Source: Octopus vulgaris
Lineage: Eukaryota
NCBI GenBank assembly: GCA_951406725.2
Contig: OX597814.1
Span: forward strand, 69,378,001-69,442,000
DNA length: 64,000 bases
Direction: 5' to 3'
The first letter of the stretch is position 1. Each line of letters starts with the position of its first letter. Shown here one piece after another: positions 12,169 to 25,504 of the stretch. The translations under genes and the position numbers were made by a program. The notes under the pieces were generated by a model. The model was not told the DNA's origin. It made no database searches and saw nothing but the letters and a program-made list of their open reading frames with translations.

Positions 12169-13240
12169 TATATGTTTATTTCCTTACCTGAAATATATTT
12201 GAAAGATCTCTTAAGTTGAAAATATAGTGGAATTTGATGGCCGTAGGCAAGAAGTGACATGCAACTCTGCTATGCAAGACCAAGCTTCCTATCACAATAT
12301 TCTGTGAGAATTTCTGAACAACTGGTAAAAATTCTCCAAAACTTAAATGCTGACTTAATATACTGTTGTAGATTGTTTTCAGTGATTCTTCACATGGGAA
12401 ACTGATAGCAAATACACAGAAGTGTCTCTGGAATCAAAACAAACACCATTATCAGCATCCCTTCCACAACTGTCCTCATTATCATCATCATTACTATTAT
12501 CATCATTATCATTACTATTATCATCATTATTGTCATTGTCCTCTCCTTCCTCATCATCCTCCATATCATCAGTAGCATTATTATCATCAGACACTGCTCC
12601 AGATGCTACTGAACATTATAATAATGGTCATTTAGATACTCTGAATGTCACTCTAAAGGCATTTCTTATATTTTCCTCTGCTATCACTTAGCTGGTATGA
12701 AGCTGATGCTTTTTGAGCATGCATAAGATAGTCAAAAATAATGTGCTATATTTCCTAACTTTCTAAATATTGTTGCCCATAGCCTTACTTTCAACTACCA
12801 ACCATATGGACCATTTTGTGGTTATTGTCAACATTATCACTGTCACTGTATTAATATTTTATAAGAAAGGCACAAGGCTCCAAATTTAAGAGGATAAGTT
12901 CGTCAATTATATTGACGGCAGTTTTTGATTAGTGCTTGAATGGCAAACCAGGATGTAAAGTGTCATAACTAAGTATCATTATTGAAATAATAATTACTAC
13001 TGATTTCTTAAATTCATACAGACACAGATTTTTATTAGTAGGCATATTTGATTGAACAGATTAATTCTATTTGATCAATTCCAGAGGGATGAAAGCCAAA
13101 ATTTACACTCACAGGATTTGAATTCAGAATGCAGAAATGCAATTTGATACAGTGAAACATTTAATCTGACACTCAATTACTCTATCTTTAACTGCTATAA
13201 TTATCATAATCAATAACTGTTGTAACATTGTTATCTTTAC

Positions 13241-13408
13241 CTGCAATCTGGCATCTATTGTGAAGCTGCCTGCTGTTGGATTCATGCAAGCAACATACTG
13301 GGCATTGTGTATGTCCTTCAAAGTCAGTTTGACTCGATCATACCAATGGCTGTAATCTAAATGCTGTCTCAATATTGTATGTGGTTGGACTGTAAAATAC
13401 TGATCAAC
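13241..13408 (-). CDS. DNAH9: Dynein heavy chain internal exon D: AAA3 sensor region
   Basis: [56 protein letters not shown]; 168 nt, tctttcAG acceptor, GTaaag donor; joins exon C to give the conserved DDMNMPE|VD sequence. Confidence 0.95.
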
Positions 13409-14096
13409 CTGAAAGAAAAAATAAAAACTAATTTATACTGGACAGAGTTTGCTTTATAGTTATTTTTTTTTGTTTTTTGTTTTTTTTCTAAGAGTGAAGT
13501 GCCTACAACACTTTATTTCTTCAGGGACTCAGAGACTAGTGGAATGAAATTATCAAACTGGAATGCAGACTCTGAAAATAATTGAAAAGAAAGTTGAACT
13601 TGGCAAGATTTGGACCTAGAGTGCCAGAACAAATTCTGCATGGCAATTTGTGATTTTTCTTCAACAACTGTCAATTCAATGTCTAAAGAAGTCCGGACAA
13701 TGACATGAATACAAGCATTTTGAATTAGTTGATTGTGTATATTTAAAAAGATACTGGGGATTAATTACAAATCAATTTATGATAAAATTCACAAAAATTT
13801 TAGTCTGATCAAGAGTGAAAAATTTTCTTATTTTCTGTTTTCCTCTAATGATTCTAAAATAATTCATAAATGTTGAAGAAAAGACTGGATAGGCTCCAAT
13901 ACATTACTGATATTAAAATTAGTGCCTCCAGAATAAAGTAAACTTGTCCCCATAGGAAAATAACAGAGATTAGTTGGCGTTAGAGCTCATACCATAAATC
14001 AGCTCTTTAGTTGTTTGAACCAAGCATACTAAAATCTCAGATTTATAAGACAAAAGAGTTGCTTTAAGTTATATGATTTCCCCAATGCAACTGAAA

Positions 14097-14255
14097 TACA
14101 GTAATCCCTTGACTACTCTCAACTATTGCGGGTGCTACATTCCAAAACCCCTTGCGATAGGTGAAAATCCTTGAAGTAGAATCAATACTGCATATTTTTT
14201 TAATTTTATAATTTGTGTATATTTGTTTTATTATAAATGTAAAACAACACCATGG
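14097..14255 (+). mobile_element. Tigger/pogo-like DNA transposon end
   Basis: TA-CAGTAATCCCT...TATTGCGGG...GCGATA start typical of Tigger-type TIRs; partner TIR not found. Confidence 0.45.
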
Positions 14256-14279
14256 AGGTTCAGGTAGTGATTCACCTAT

Positions 14280-14980
14280 AAGAACAAGGTCATCAGCATA
14301 GAGGAGCTCCCAAGGGCAGCCTGGAGGACTATGATGAACAAGAGGGGCTGAGGATCGATCCTTGGTGAATCCCTACTTGTACTGTGAATTCTTCGCTGTA
14401 GTTGTTGCCAACCCTCACCTTACTAACAGTGTCCCTGTACATGGTTTCTACAGCTCTCACCTACCACTCATCTATATCTAGTTTCTGCATTGACTGCAGC
14501 TAAGGGATTGGGGCACCCTATAAAAGGTTTTCTCCAAGTTAGCAAAAGCCAAGTACAGAGGTTTATTTTTGCACAAAACCAAACTGCATCTCATCTAGAC
14601 TAACTCTCTCCCTAATTAGTTGGGCTATGACTCTCTCTCTCTCTAAGTAACTTTAATCACCTGATCCAACAATTTGATACCTCTGTAATTATTTCTATCT
14701 AAGGCATTACCTTTTCCTTTGTAGCAGTTGACTATGGTACTGCAACACCAATCATTAAGTATGACCTCTTCATGTACCACTTGATTTACTATACAGGTGA
14801 CTAAACCATAACCCAAACTGCCAGATATTTTAAGCATCTCAGCTGAGATTCCTGATGGGCCAGGGGCATTCCCTGTTTTCATATCTTTAATTGCTTTATC
14901 TACCAAGGTTCTGTTGATTCAGATAGCTGGTTCCTCGGTTGGGTCAACATTTGGCAGACTCTCCTCCTCCCATTCACTTC
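14280..14980 (-). mobile_element. RTE LINE fragment
   Basis: MKTGNAPGPSGISAEMLK...NYRGIKLLDQV; LLYADDL further 3'. Confidence 0.88.
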
Positions 14981-15279
14981 CCACTTTCAGAAAAAGGTAA
15001 GAACTGTATAGTTTCCAAAGTTTTAAATTTAATTTACAGATTTAATTATGTCGCACAACAGCTAAATACAGTGTTTTTTTACTCAGCTTTTGAATATGCA
15101 ATGTTCAAATTTTTGTTTTTCATTTCTGTCTTTCTTTCAGTTTTTTATATATTTTTTTCTTTTATCATTGTCATTTGGTAGTATTTCAGTCAAATAATTT
15201 AAATTACTATACAAGAAAGTAAAAACATTATTTCTCCAAAATCCTGTTTTTAAGGTACTATGAATAAGGCAACAGTTGG

Positions 15280-15580
15280 CTATGGGCACAGATTGGTTCT
15301 CAGCCCCACTCCCATTCATCATCATTCTCCAGGCCATAATAAAGAAATTTCAGACTGGAAGCCCATGAGAACTACTATATACTGGTGACCTTGCCTTCAT
15401 AGGGGAACAAAATTAGAAAAAAAAAAGTCCAGGTGTGGAAATAACCTGGAATCAAAGGGTCTTAAAGTATACTTAGCAAAGGTCAAGGTCCTAGTAAGAA
15501 AGAAATCGAACAGGATACTTCACCCATCAGGTAAATGACCCTGCTTGATAAGGGTGTAGGCAGAAATTCCATTTGGTATA
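15280..15580 (+). mobile_element. RTE LINE fragment
   Basis: Nucleotide similarity to 3820-4130 (GTTCTCAGCCCACTC...CTCCAGGCCATAA). Confidence 0.7.
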
Positions 15581-15641
15581 TCTCTCGCCTTCAATAACTC
15601 CTTGGCTTACATTGGTGAAACAGGATCCTTCATGCTGAGCA

Positions 15642-15863
15642 ACGTAAGAAGCAAGAACCAGCCTAGGGTCACAAAAGTTCAGGCCATTTTGCAAGAGCAG
15701 TATAAAAGAGATGAAAGAGACAGTGGTATACGAAGTGAGAAAGGAGGAAGAAGAAAGGCGAAATGTACATTTGGTGCAATGCAGTCAACAGGGACAGTGC
15801 CTGAGATGGGAGGAATATGCGATCGGCTGCAGAATATCATGGAAGGAACTTTGGGCTTGGGAA
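15642..15863 (+). mobile_element. Inverted internal fragment of the HERO LINE
   Basis: Near-identical reverse complement of 18621-18842. Confidence 0.85.
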
Positions 15864-16115
15864 TGTTGCAAGTAGCCATTTTAAAATAAGGCGCCAATAT
15901 GTGGTGGCTGGCAATATGACGTAGTGTCGTGTTGCCGAGGATATATTATTGTTGTTTTTCCATTGGTTAATATAACTGCTCATATAAGGATTCTAAAAGT
16001 TACTTAAAGAATATTTGTATGGGATTTCGATTCTTTTAAGTCAAGTTGAGCAGTTATAAAAACCCTGGATTTTGAGAAGAACTTTAGTGTTTGTTGGATG
16101 TAACTAAACTCCACA
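15864..16115 (-). mobile_element. Putative LTR (15900-16115) with PBS and truncated gag start
   Basis: TGTGG...CCACA termini; on minus strand CA-tat-TGGCGCC (15896-15890) then ATG GCT ACT; no second LTR seen. Confidence 0.4.
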
Positions 16116-16699
16116 ACACTCACTCCTTTAAGACATTGGTGATTTTTCATGCCATGTCCAAGGAAAATCAAACAAGTCTTATTTAAATTGTTGTGATTTA
16201 ATATTAGTTAGATTTATGAATTAGATAGTAAAATATATAGTCGTAATTCTATACGACGAGAATTGTCTTTCTTTCACCTGTATATAATATAAAATGTTAT
16301 ATGTATATAATAAAAATTAATTAAGAAAATGTTTTCTCTTTCTTCACGTTCTTCAACTATGTATAAATATGTATTTCTGTAATTATAAAATTGTATTTTC
16401 TTATAGCGGTTAAATGAACACAAAAATAATATTATACATACATGACGCTAATATTTGTTAGCGTTCCATAAAGTATATTTCTCTATGGCGTTTATAGACT
16501 GTAGTTCGGACTGTGTATAATGATAACACTTAAGTTATAAGTGACGTTCTATCATTATCACCCTTACTTTAAAAGCCAAATAATCTATTTCCAAATAGGA
16601 AACATAATAAGTAGTATTGCATTAACTGTAAACAAAACTAACTAGGAAATATACGTTATAATATATGACATAAGAGAAGCATGGTTGCTTAAATCGCTA

Positions 16700-17480
16700 T
16701 CATCTTATTGATAAAGATAGAATTCAACCATTACCAGAGAAAGTTGAAGCTATTAAAAAATTTTCTGTACCAAAAGCATTAAGGAAGCTCAGAGAATTTT
16801 TAGGGATAGTAAATTTTTACAGAAAATTTATTCCTAAAGTCACTGAAACCCTATATCCTTTAACTGAGCTATTGAAAAATAGAAGGAAGAAAAATGAATC
16901 CATAACTTTAAAAGAAGAAGAATTACAAGATTTTAAAAACATAAAAGATAAACTGTGTGAAGCAACACTCTTAAACCATCAGGTTCCTGAAGCAGAATTA
17001 TCATTGATAGTTGATGCTTCTGATGTTGGAATCGGTGGCGTTCAACAACAATTTCATTGTAATTCCTGGCAACCATTAGCTTTCTTTTCAAAATTCAAGG
17101 CACCAGAATCGAAATACAGCGTTTTTGGCAGAGAACTGTTGGCAGCTTATTTGTCAATTAAACACTTCAGACATCTTCTTGAAGGTAGGTCATTTACTTT
17201 ATTTATTGACCATAAACCGTTAACATATGCATTAAAAAGTTCTTCGGAGAAATATTCTCCTAGAGAAATTAGACACCTTGATTTTATTTCACAATTTTCT
17301 GTGGATATATGGTATATCAAGGGTGTTGAAAATTCAGCAGCAGATGCACTTTCTAGAATGAATGTAGATGCATTAAATTCACTGGATCAAGTTGCGGATA
17401 CAGAGTTTTCTTTATATAAAAATTCCAGTTCAACTTCTTTAAGATTTAAATTGTTGCCAATTTAAGATTTAAATTGTTGC
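16700..17480 (+). mobile_element. Ty3/Gypsy pol fragment (RT thumb and RNase H)
   Basis: LREFLGIVNFYRKFIP, VDASDVGIGG, YSVFGRELLA, IDHKPL, YIKGVENSAADALSR. Confidence 0.93.
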
Positions 17481-20420
17481 TGACATCATCTGGAGGAACC
17501 ACGTCTGGTTTCAGCCCCTACTTCACAACTGTTTTGACGTGGCGGGGCCCTCCCTTTTGGAGGTGTCTTCAGCTCTGATGTTGGGTGCATGTCTTCTTTC
17601 TTGTTCCCTGGCCTCTTTGATGTGTTGTCAGCGAGTGTCAGCCGGTGACTGACTGACTTGTCAAATTTTTCTCTTTAAATACCTGCAGCTAGGCTCCAGC
17701 AAGTTGTCAGCCCCAGCAAGTTGTCACGTGACACTGTCTCACCTTAACTGACTAGTGAAGGCACGTAGTTTTAGCCCACACATTCTCTAAACGACCGTCA
17801 CCTGTCAGTCAGTGAAGCTAACTCAGTGTCAGCTTGTCTCACCTAGTGATGTTATTTCCCACGGATGTGTTATGACTTTCAAGCCATTTTTGGTCTTGCG
17901 CTTCAGCCATATATAGAAGCTGGCCTTTTCAACCACCTCCTGTACTCTCCTTATTAGTTTTTGCAGCTCGGAGCTAGAAAAAACAAATCTTCTTTTGAAA
18001 AGCGTCGTCATTTTCCTTTCAATGAAGCCTCTAGCCCCCACTACCAGGTGATAATATTCGACATTCCATCCCCGTTCTCTGCATTCTTCAATTAGCTTTT
18101 CGTACCTCTTCTCCTTTTGTTCCTCTGCATTGCTGATGTTCTCTTCCCAAGGTACTGTCAGTTCAAGTAAAATTCCTATTCTCCGGTCTCTGTTCCACAG
18201 GACTAAATCTGGCCTTTTTGTTGTTTTATTAGTGGAAATATTACTTGTCTTTCCAAGTCCATGGCCACCTCCCAGTATCCCTTCCATCTTTCGTCCATCT
18301 CTTATACTTGTAGGCCTGGTTTTATATCCTTTTCCCTCCTTCTGGAAGTATACTTTCCTGCTCTTTTCTACTTTTGGGTACTCTCCCCTATTGTACCTCT
18401 TGATCTTCTCCTTGAGTGCTGCGCTTATGACACCGAGGACTTCTTTATGCCACCATGTATATCTTTCTAGTGCTAGTCTGCAATTTGACCGAACATGTCT
18501 AACTGTCGCTTTCTCTCCGCATCTACACTCATCGGTTGTTTTATGTTCCACCGGACTAAGTTCATCCGTTGAGGGTAGAACGTCGAAGGTAGACTTGATC
18601 AGGAAGTATGTTCTTGCTTGTTCCTAAGCCCAAAGTTCCTTCCATGATATTCTGCGGCTGATCACATATTCCTCCCATCTCAGGCACTGTCCCTGTTGAC
18701 TACATTGCACCAAATGCACATTTCACTTTTCTTCTTCCTCCTTTCTCACTTCGTATACCACTGCCTCTTTTATCTCTTTTATACTGCTCTTGCAAAATAG
18801 CCTGAACTTTTGCGACCCTAGGCTGGTTCTTGCTTCTTGCGTCGCTCCGACTATATCTGCGTGCCTTAATTTTCCGATCGCCCTGTTTACTGCCTCTTCC
18901 GCCTTCCATTTCCTCCCTGTTCATACCTTTGGAGGGTTTTCCCAGATGCTCTGATCTTTTGAATACCTTAGCATCATTACTGTCCTTGCCTTTACTGCCT
19001 TATATTCTTCGGGTTTTCCATATAGTGCAATTGTATTCAATGGTTTCGGCAGACCAAGCCATTTTCTGATAAACACACTGCATCTTTGTTCCATCCTTTC
19101 TACTCTACTCGAGGCTATTTCGTACATTTGCAATGGCCACATTATTCTTGGGCACAGCCCAAATTGCAGTATCCAACATTTGAATTTTCCCGGCAGCGTT
19201 GTTCTGTCTTTACTCCTTGTTCTAACTAACTCGTGTGTTTCTTTCCCTTGCTTCTTATCATTTAATAAGTCTCTATACCATCTGCCTAGACTCTTTACTG
19301 GTTGTTCTTTCACCGTTGGTATGTCTTCACCTCCTATCCTGAATTTCACTTCTTTTTGCCCTCCTTTCACAAAAGCCACGCTTTAAGATTTTTGGGCTTT
19401 GAATTTCATCCTTGCCCATCCTATCAGTTCGTCCAACCACTCTAACATTCCCTCTGCTGCTTCTCTACTTTCTGATAATATAGTTACGTCGTTCATAAAA
19501 GCCCTTAATGGTGTCTTTGTAATAGCTTTCTCACAGTTTGTGGATCTAGGTAACATTTCCATGACTAGCACAAATAAGATGACTGATATCGTGCATCCGG
19601 CTGCAATACCTAGTTCAAGCTGTTGCCACTCCGTTGTGAACTCTCCTGCTGTAAATCTCATCCTCAGGTTGCCGTAGTATGACATGAGCATTCATTGAAC
19701 ATCTTTTGGAATCTAAAAGAAGTCCATCGCTGTTATTATTATTGTGTGCGGAACAGATCCATAAGCATTGGCAAGATCTAGCCAAACAATATACAGGTTT
19801 TTCTTCATTTGTTTTGCACAGGTGATGGCTTCCCAGATGGCAAATGCGTGTTCTATGCACCCAGGGATTCCGAGGATTCCTGCTTTTTGGATTGCTTCAT
19901 TAACGTACCCGTTATGCTGTACGAATCTTATGATTCGTCTAGCAATAATTCCAAACATTGATTTTCCCACCAGTATTTAATAATGAAATTGGTCTAAATT
20001 GACCTAGTGTTTTTGCCTCTTTTTCTTTAGGTAGATAGATACCTTCAGCTATACACCATCACTCCGCTACATCCTTCCTCTTACACATTTCTCTTATCAG
20101 TGCAAACAGCTGCAAGCGTAATTTCGGGCAATATTTATATACCTTGTAGCTCACTCCATCGTTCCCTGGTGAACTTTTTGCTCTTGCTTTTCTTATGAAC
20201 TCATCCATTTCTTTCCGTTTGATGTCACTCAATTCAAATGGTACTCTTGGTTCAGGTGGTTTCTTCAGTCTGTGCATTTCTGGGAGTACTTCATTTCTGT
20301 CAGAGTCGCTGTATGTCTCTTTCAGATGTTGTTTGAGCTCTTTTTACATGCAATCCAATTTTCCGCTTTTACTTTCAGTAAATAAATGTTTCACATATTG
20401 ATAGGGATTGTTCACAAAGC
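17481..20420 (-). mobile_element. HERO-clade (R2 group) LINE, 5'-truncated, RT plus CCHC plus restriction-like endonuclease
   Basis: SSPGNDG, QKAGILGIPGCIEH, WLDLANAYGSVPH, GIAAGCTISVILF, AFMND, YTWWHKEVL, RPDLVLW...LELTVPWEE; several stops and frameshifts. Confidence 0.88.
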
Positions 20421-21063
20421 TATGATAGGGGGAAATTTCTGTTTCAAATCCAGAAACGTATTCATATCTGTTGGGATTATCATCCTGTTTGATGAAGTTT
20501 TCAGAAGTTCTGCAAAATTTGTCAGAATGTTTTGCTGTTAATTACTTCCTCAATCAACTCAATGTTGCTCTTCTGAATAACAGTGAAGTTGCTGAAAGAA
20601 GTATGCACCCAAGGGTGTGACTGTTAGTCATTTTGTTTATCAGGATTTTCTTTTTGATTTCAGGTTTTTCTTTTTATTTTTGTGTCATTCATAGTTGTGA
20701 AAGTGTTTGTAAAATTGGGTTTTCTTGTTATGATGATGGTGCTGATGTTTTTTTTTAATGGTTTTGTGACAGATTTTGTTTTTTATTGTCATGTCTTAGG
20801 GCCTTCATTAGGGCTTTCCTGACTGCATTCTGCAAATTAGTCAGCTGTGACAAGTAGTCTCTAGTAGGGTATTTTAATAGTGTTGTTACAGCCATCCCCT
20901 TCAATCGGGAATAAAAAGTTGGCAGACCACCTTATAAGCTGTATATTAAGGAAATATTAAAATTACAATAATTAAAAAAAAAAAAGTTTCAAACTTTCTG
21001 GAATGCACCTTATATGTGTGTCTTTGTATTGTCCCTTTCAACCTTTACCATACAAATCACTGT

Positions 21064-22796
21064 TATTATTATTATTATTATTATTATTTTTTTTTTATTA
21101 TTATTCAGTAGTTTTATTTTTATAGCATGCTTTCACTTCACTACCGAGTACAGCTCTGTGTGCCTTGGGTATGTGTTGTGATTTGTTGTGGTGCTCTGAT
21201 GGTTACTGTATTGAAAGTATTTTGTGTAGGATGTGTGCAGTGCCCAGTAGTGCAATTTTCTGTATGTTATATGTGTTTGTAAGTCCTGGTGTTTTTGTTA
21301 TATATTTGTCTGAATATTTTTTTATCATACCTAATGCACCTACTATGATAGGGATTGTTTCTGTTTTTAGATTCCACATTCTGGTTACCTCTATTTCCAG
21401 GTCTTTGTATTTTGACAGTTTCTTCATTTCTTTTAGAGACACGTTGTCATCTGCTGGTATTGATACATCAATTAGAAAGCATTTTTTTTCTTCATGATCT
21501 CTGACAACTATATCTGGCCTATTAGCCTTATTTCTCTATCTGTGAGTATTGGCATATCCCAAAGTATGGTTGCTTTCTCGTTTTCTGTGACCTTTTCTGG
21601 CGTGTGCCTATAACATCTTTTTTCTGTTGTTATTCCATAGTGTTGGAATAGCTTCCAGTGTATATAGGTCCCAACTCTGTCGTGTCTGTGAATATATTCC
21701 TTCGTAGCCAGGACTAGGCAGCCAGAGATAATCTGATTTATTGTTTCTTGTCCATCTCCACATATTCTGCAGTTACTTGTTATGTTTATTTTCATTATAT
21801 GTTTTTGGTAATTTCTGGTGGGGAGGCTTTGGTCTTGTACTGCAATTAAAAATTCCTCCATCTCTCTGCTTTGAGTCCTGAGCTTCTCAACCATTGCTGG
21901 GATTTTTCTTTGTCTATTTCTTTTGCATTTAGCTTAGTCCAGTATTTGCCATGAAGGGGCTTTTCTTGGCATCATTTTATCATGGTCCATTGCTGTTCTA
22001 GTTTTAGTTTGGATTTCATTTCTTTTATAGCTTTTGTTTCTTCTTCTTCTTCTTCTTCTTCTTCTTCTTCTTCTTCTTCTTCTTCTTCTTCTTCTTCTTC
22101 TTCTTCTTCGTCTTCTTCTTCTTCTTCTTCTTATTTGTTAGGTGGTATGATTTCTTGTTTGTATTTGTCAGCTTCCTTGAATACTGAGAACAGTTCTTTG
22201 TTTTGCTCGTGTTTTGCCGCTATTTGTATCAAATTCCCTTGCTTCTGAAGTAGATATTTTTGCAGTCCTATGGTGGTTATTTTATAATAGTTTTCCAGCT
22301 GTATAAGGCCTCTACCACCGTCTATATGTTGTATATATAGCCTTTCTATGTCAGATTTTGGGTGATGCATCTTAGATCCTGCCATTATTTTTCTTGTTTT
22401 CCTATCTATTTTGGTTAATTCATTTAGTGTCCAGTTAAGGATATTGTAGCTGTAACTTATAACTGGGACGGCTAAAGTGTTAATATCTATTATCTTGTTT
22501 TTAGCATTGAGCTCTGTTTTTAGTATTGATCTCACTCATCGATAGTATTCTTTCTTTATTTTCTCTTTCATTTGTTTGTGTTGTATCTTATCTAGTTCAT
22601 GGATTCCTAAATATTTGTAAGTTTGGCTTTGGTCTAATTCTCTTATTTCATTGGCTATGTCTAGTGTGATGTTGCTAATCTTAACTAGTTTCCCTCTTTT
22701 CAGGGTTACTTTGGCGCATTTTTCTAATCCAAATTTCATATCTATTTCTTTGGTAAATCCATGAACTGCCTGTAGTAGTGTTTCCAGCTGTTTGTC

Positions 22797-22797
<1 letters not shown>
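21064..22797 (-). mobile_element. Dong/R4-clade LINE, 5'-truncated, flanked by (TAA)n
   Basis: MKFGLEKCA, YKYLG, HHPKSDIERLY...GGRGL, QDQSLPTRNY, CRICG, RHDRV, ILWD, PDIV, KYKDLEIE, IQKIALLGTAHIL. Confidence 0.92.
22038..22131. repeat. (TTC)n microsatellite inside Dong ORF
   Basis: About 31 near-perfect units. Confidence 0.9.
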
Positions 22798-22844
<47 letters not shown>

Positions 22845-23254
22845 CAAGGTCTGTAATACTAGAAAGACATACAAAGTTGGAGCTCCATAAGTTTTAAGTG
22901 TTTAATCAAGCATTTCAACTGGTTGCAGACTGCTCAGTCAAATATTTTATGACTGTTTTACTTGCACTGTCTGGATCATTGTGGTAACATTTTTGTGTAG
23001 TTACACCCCCTTTGGGGTGGGAGTGTAACTCAGTAATATTTCTTTTGCATTTTTATGAAGACAAGAATTTGCATAATTTCCAATTTTTTAAACATGTTCA
23101 AAATATGACAAAATAATGATAATAATTGATGATGAGCAGCATTCTGTCAATCCAGAATTAACACCACACATATCTGTGGCTGGAGTTAAAATTGACTTAT
23201 TGACAAAGAGAAATAGAATTTTGTCTTGTTGCTAAGACAGCAGTAGCAAATGCA

Positions 23255-23493
23255 AAGACACTAGCAGCAGCAATGACAGTGAAAACAACAACAACAGTAA
23301 CAACAAAGTGTACAGCAGCAGCAGCAGCAGCAGCAGCAGCAAAAGCAACAATAATAGCAACAACAGCAACAATGTAAACAACAATAGCAACATGAACAAC
23401 AAGATTGAAAACAACAACAGTGAAAAGAACAATGCAGTTATCAAAGGAAGTTGTAGTGGAAACTGTGTGGAAAATAACAACAGCAGCAACAGT
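23255..23493. repeat. Degenerate (CAG)/(CAA) trinucleotide tract
   Basis: Direct reading. Confidence 0.8.
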
Positions 23494-24044
23494 TAGCCAG
23501 TGAACTGTTCATTCAGTTCAAGATTTGAAAAGTAAAGCACTCTGATATAAAAATGAGAATTTGAAACCAGGTGTTATGTACCTTAGTGAGGAGTGGGGGA
23601 AACCCCTCTAAATGACAAATCATTGTATACAAATGTGTTTCTTGTAAGGAGAAGAAACTTAAAATTCCTATTCTGGCAGACAATTTGGAAAGCACTTCAC
23701 AATGAAGTTTTGTGTTAAACTGAGCAAAGTATTACAGAAACTTAAGAAACACATCAGATTGCTTATGGATTAACTTCTATGAGCTGATCACCTGCTTTTT
23801 TTTAACTGGCATTAGAGGTTCAAGGATGGTAGAAAGGAGGTGAGAGACAATGAGATGAGAGACAATGTGGGAGGGAGAGAGATGATGGGAGGTGTGGGAG
23901 GGAGAGGGGTGTCAGAACATCAGAGCTGGTTGAGAAAATTCCCTATTTTCTGAATGAAGACTGTTGTATCTATAATGACAATAACAATACAATTTAGAGT
24001 TGGTGTGGCAAATGTACACAGATTTATTCATGAAGATCTGAATA

Positions 24045-24135
24045 CAAGGGCCCTGGAACAGGGGGTGCAGCAGGTGCACCTGCAACCCTAGAATTCTCAG
24101 GGGGTGCAAGATCAAAATTTGCACCCCCTACATAA
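24045..24135. mobile_element. Possible hAT-like MITE end with GC-rich hairpins
   Basis: CAAGGGCCCTGGAACAGGGGGTGCAG start; perfect 11-bp hairpin 24099-24109/24119-24129. Confidence 0.35.
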
Positions 24136-25504
24136 TCTTACCAGTTTCAGAAAAAAGTGTCTAAAATTTATCGGCATAAAATGCTTAAGTTTGATCTCGT
24201 TTCAAAACAAAGAAAAAAAAAAAATAATAAATAAAAGTGATGAAGCTGGCATAAAGTTCCCTAGATAAATTATGACCACTGACTCCTGAAGGAAAGTAGT
24301 GTCAAAATACAAAAAAAACAAGCAACAATAACAACAAAACCAGCGTGTATGGTTAGTTTTGAATACATAACATTACTTGAATTATTGAAGACAGCTTCCA
24401 CCCAGTTAAAATGTGTAAATCTCTCTTTCTGTCTGTCAAATACTTCTCTCCATCTGAAGTTACTACTCCCAAGTTTTTTGTAATTGGTGTTGCTAAAGAC
24501 TTAAAACATGGTTGAATGGATTCGACCGTTTGACCCCAGTCTAAAAAACCCTTTCAAAATTCTTTCAGTCAAAACGATTTTCTCATATAGGTTGTTAGAT
24601 CCAAAATGTGCATGAAAAAATTGTTTGAAAGTAAAAACTTTGAAAGGAAGCATTTAACTATAAATAATTGCAAACCGAAATTACGAAATAAATTTGTAAA
24701 GCCACACAACCGCTTCTATTCTTACTCAGTGGTACCCCACACAGCTTTCAACATTTGGTGGACATTGTCTGCATTTTCTAACCTTTCCTATCCTCTTCTT
24801 TGTAAAACATTCCCTATCTATTTCTTCTTTTCTCTCTTTACTACCTTTCATAACCACCTCCTATCTATCTTTATTGCCTTCTTTTTCTACACTTCCTCTT
24901 TCTTTCTACCTGCACTCCCAGGTCAATGGGTCTTCCCCCCCCCCCGTCCACCTTTTTGGTGCAAAACGACCATTCAATATCCCATACCATTATCTGCTTG
25001 ACCACTGCCTGGCTAAGTGCCTTTTTTTTTAACTCCAGCCTAGCATTCACTTCAGCCTTGATTCCCCTTTTCATTTTTCATTCAATCCTTACTTTCCTTT
25101 TGTCTTTATTACTCTCTATCTGCTCTTTTTATCCTTCTCTTGAGTTCCTTAGGAAATAGTTTACTTTTAGCGTTACTACTAACAAATCATATCTTAAACA
25201 CGTAGTTTAGGCAGAGTCCCTTATATATTGACGACTTTCATTTTTTATCTTGCCTTAATTCTGTTGTGTTATCAATCAAAAGTCTTCCTGCGTATATATA
25301 AAATAGTATCTGCATCATATTTGTTTCCGATACTGTCCTGCTTTTTCGTTTTATATAGAAAACATTGTTTTAATTAGTTTGATAAGTGCCTCTGCATGAA
25401 ACTCTCGAACCTTCAGTCACTATGTAACTTTCGCCGATTAATAAATCTATACTTATTATTTGAGTCTGACTCAACATGAGTTCTATTTTTCATGTTTGAA
25501 CCAC

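Noticed and set aside
12379-12691. Acidic poly-Asp/Asn or poly-Ser protein
   Set aside because: Translation of a degenerate (ATC/ATT) microsatellite; no splice or homology support.
16872-17465. Domesticated Gypsy RNase H gene
   Set aside because: Truncated at both ends with a small deletion near FFSK; no promoter or exon evidence.
20420-20990. Further ORF1-like relics (also 22850-23230 and 31070-31480)
   Set aside because: Composition is suggestive but I found no diagnostic motif.
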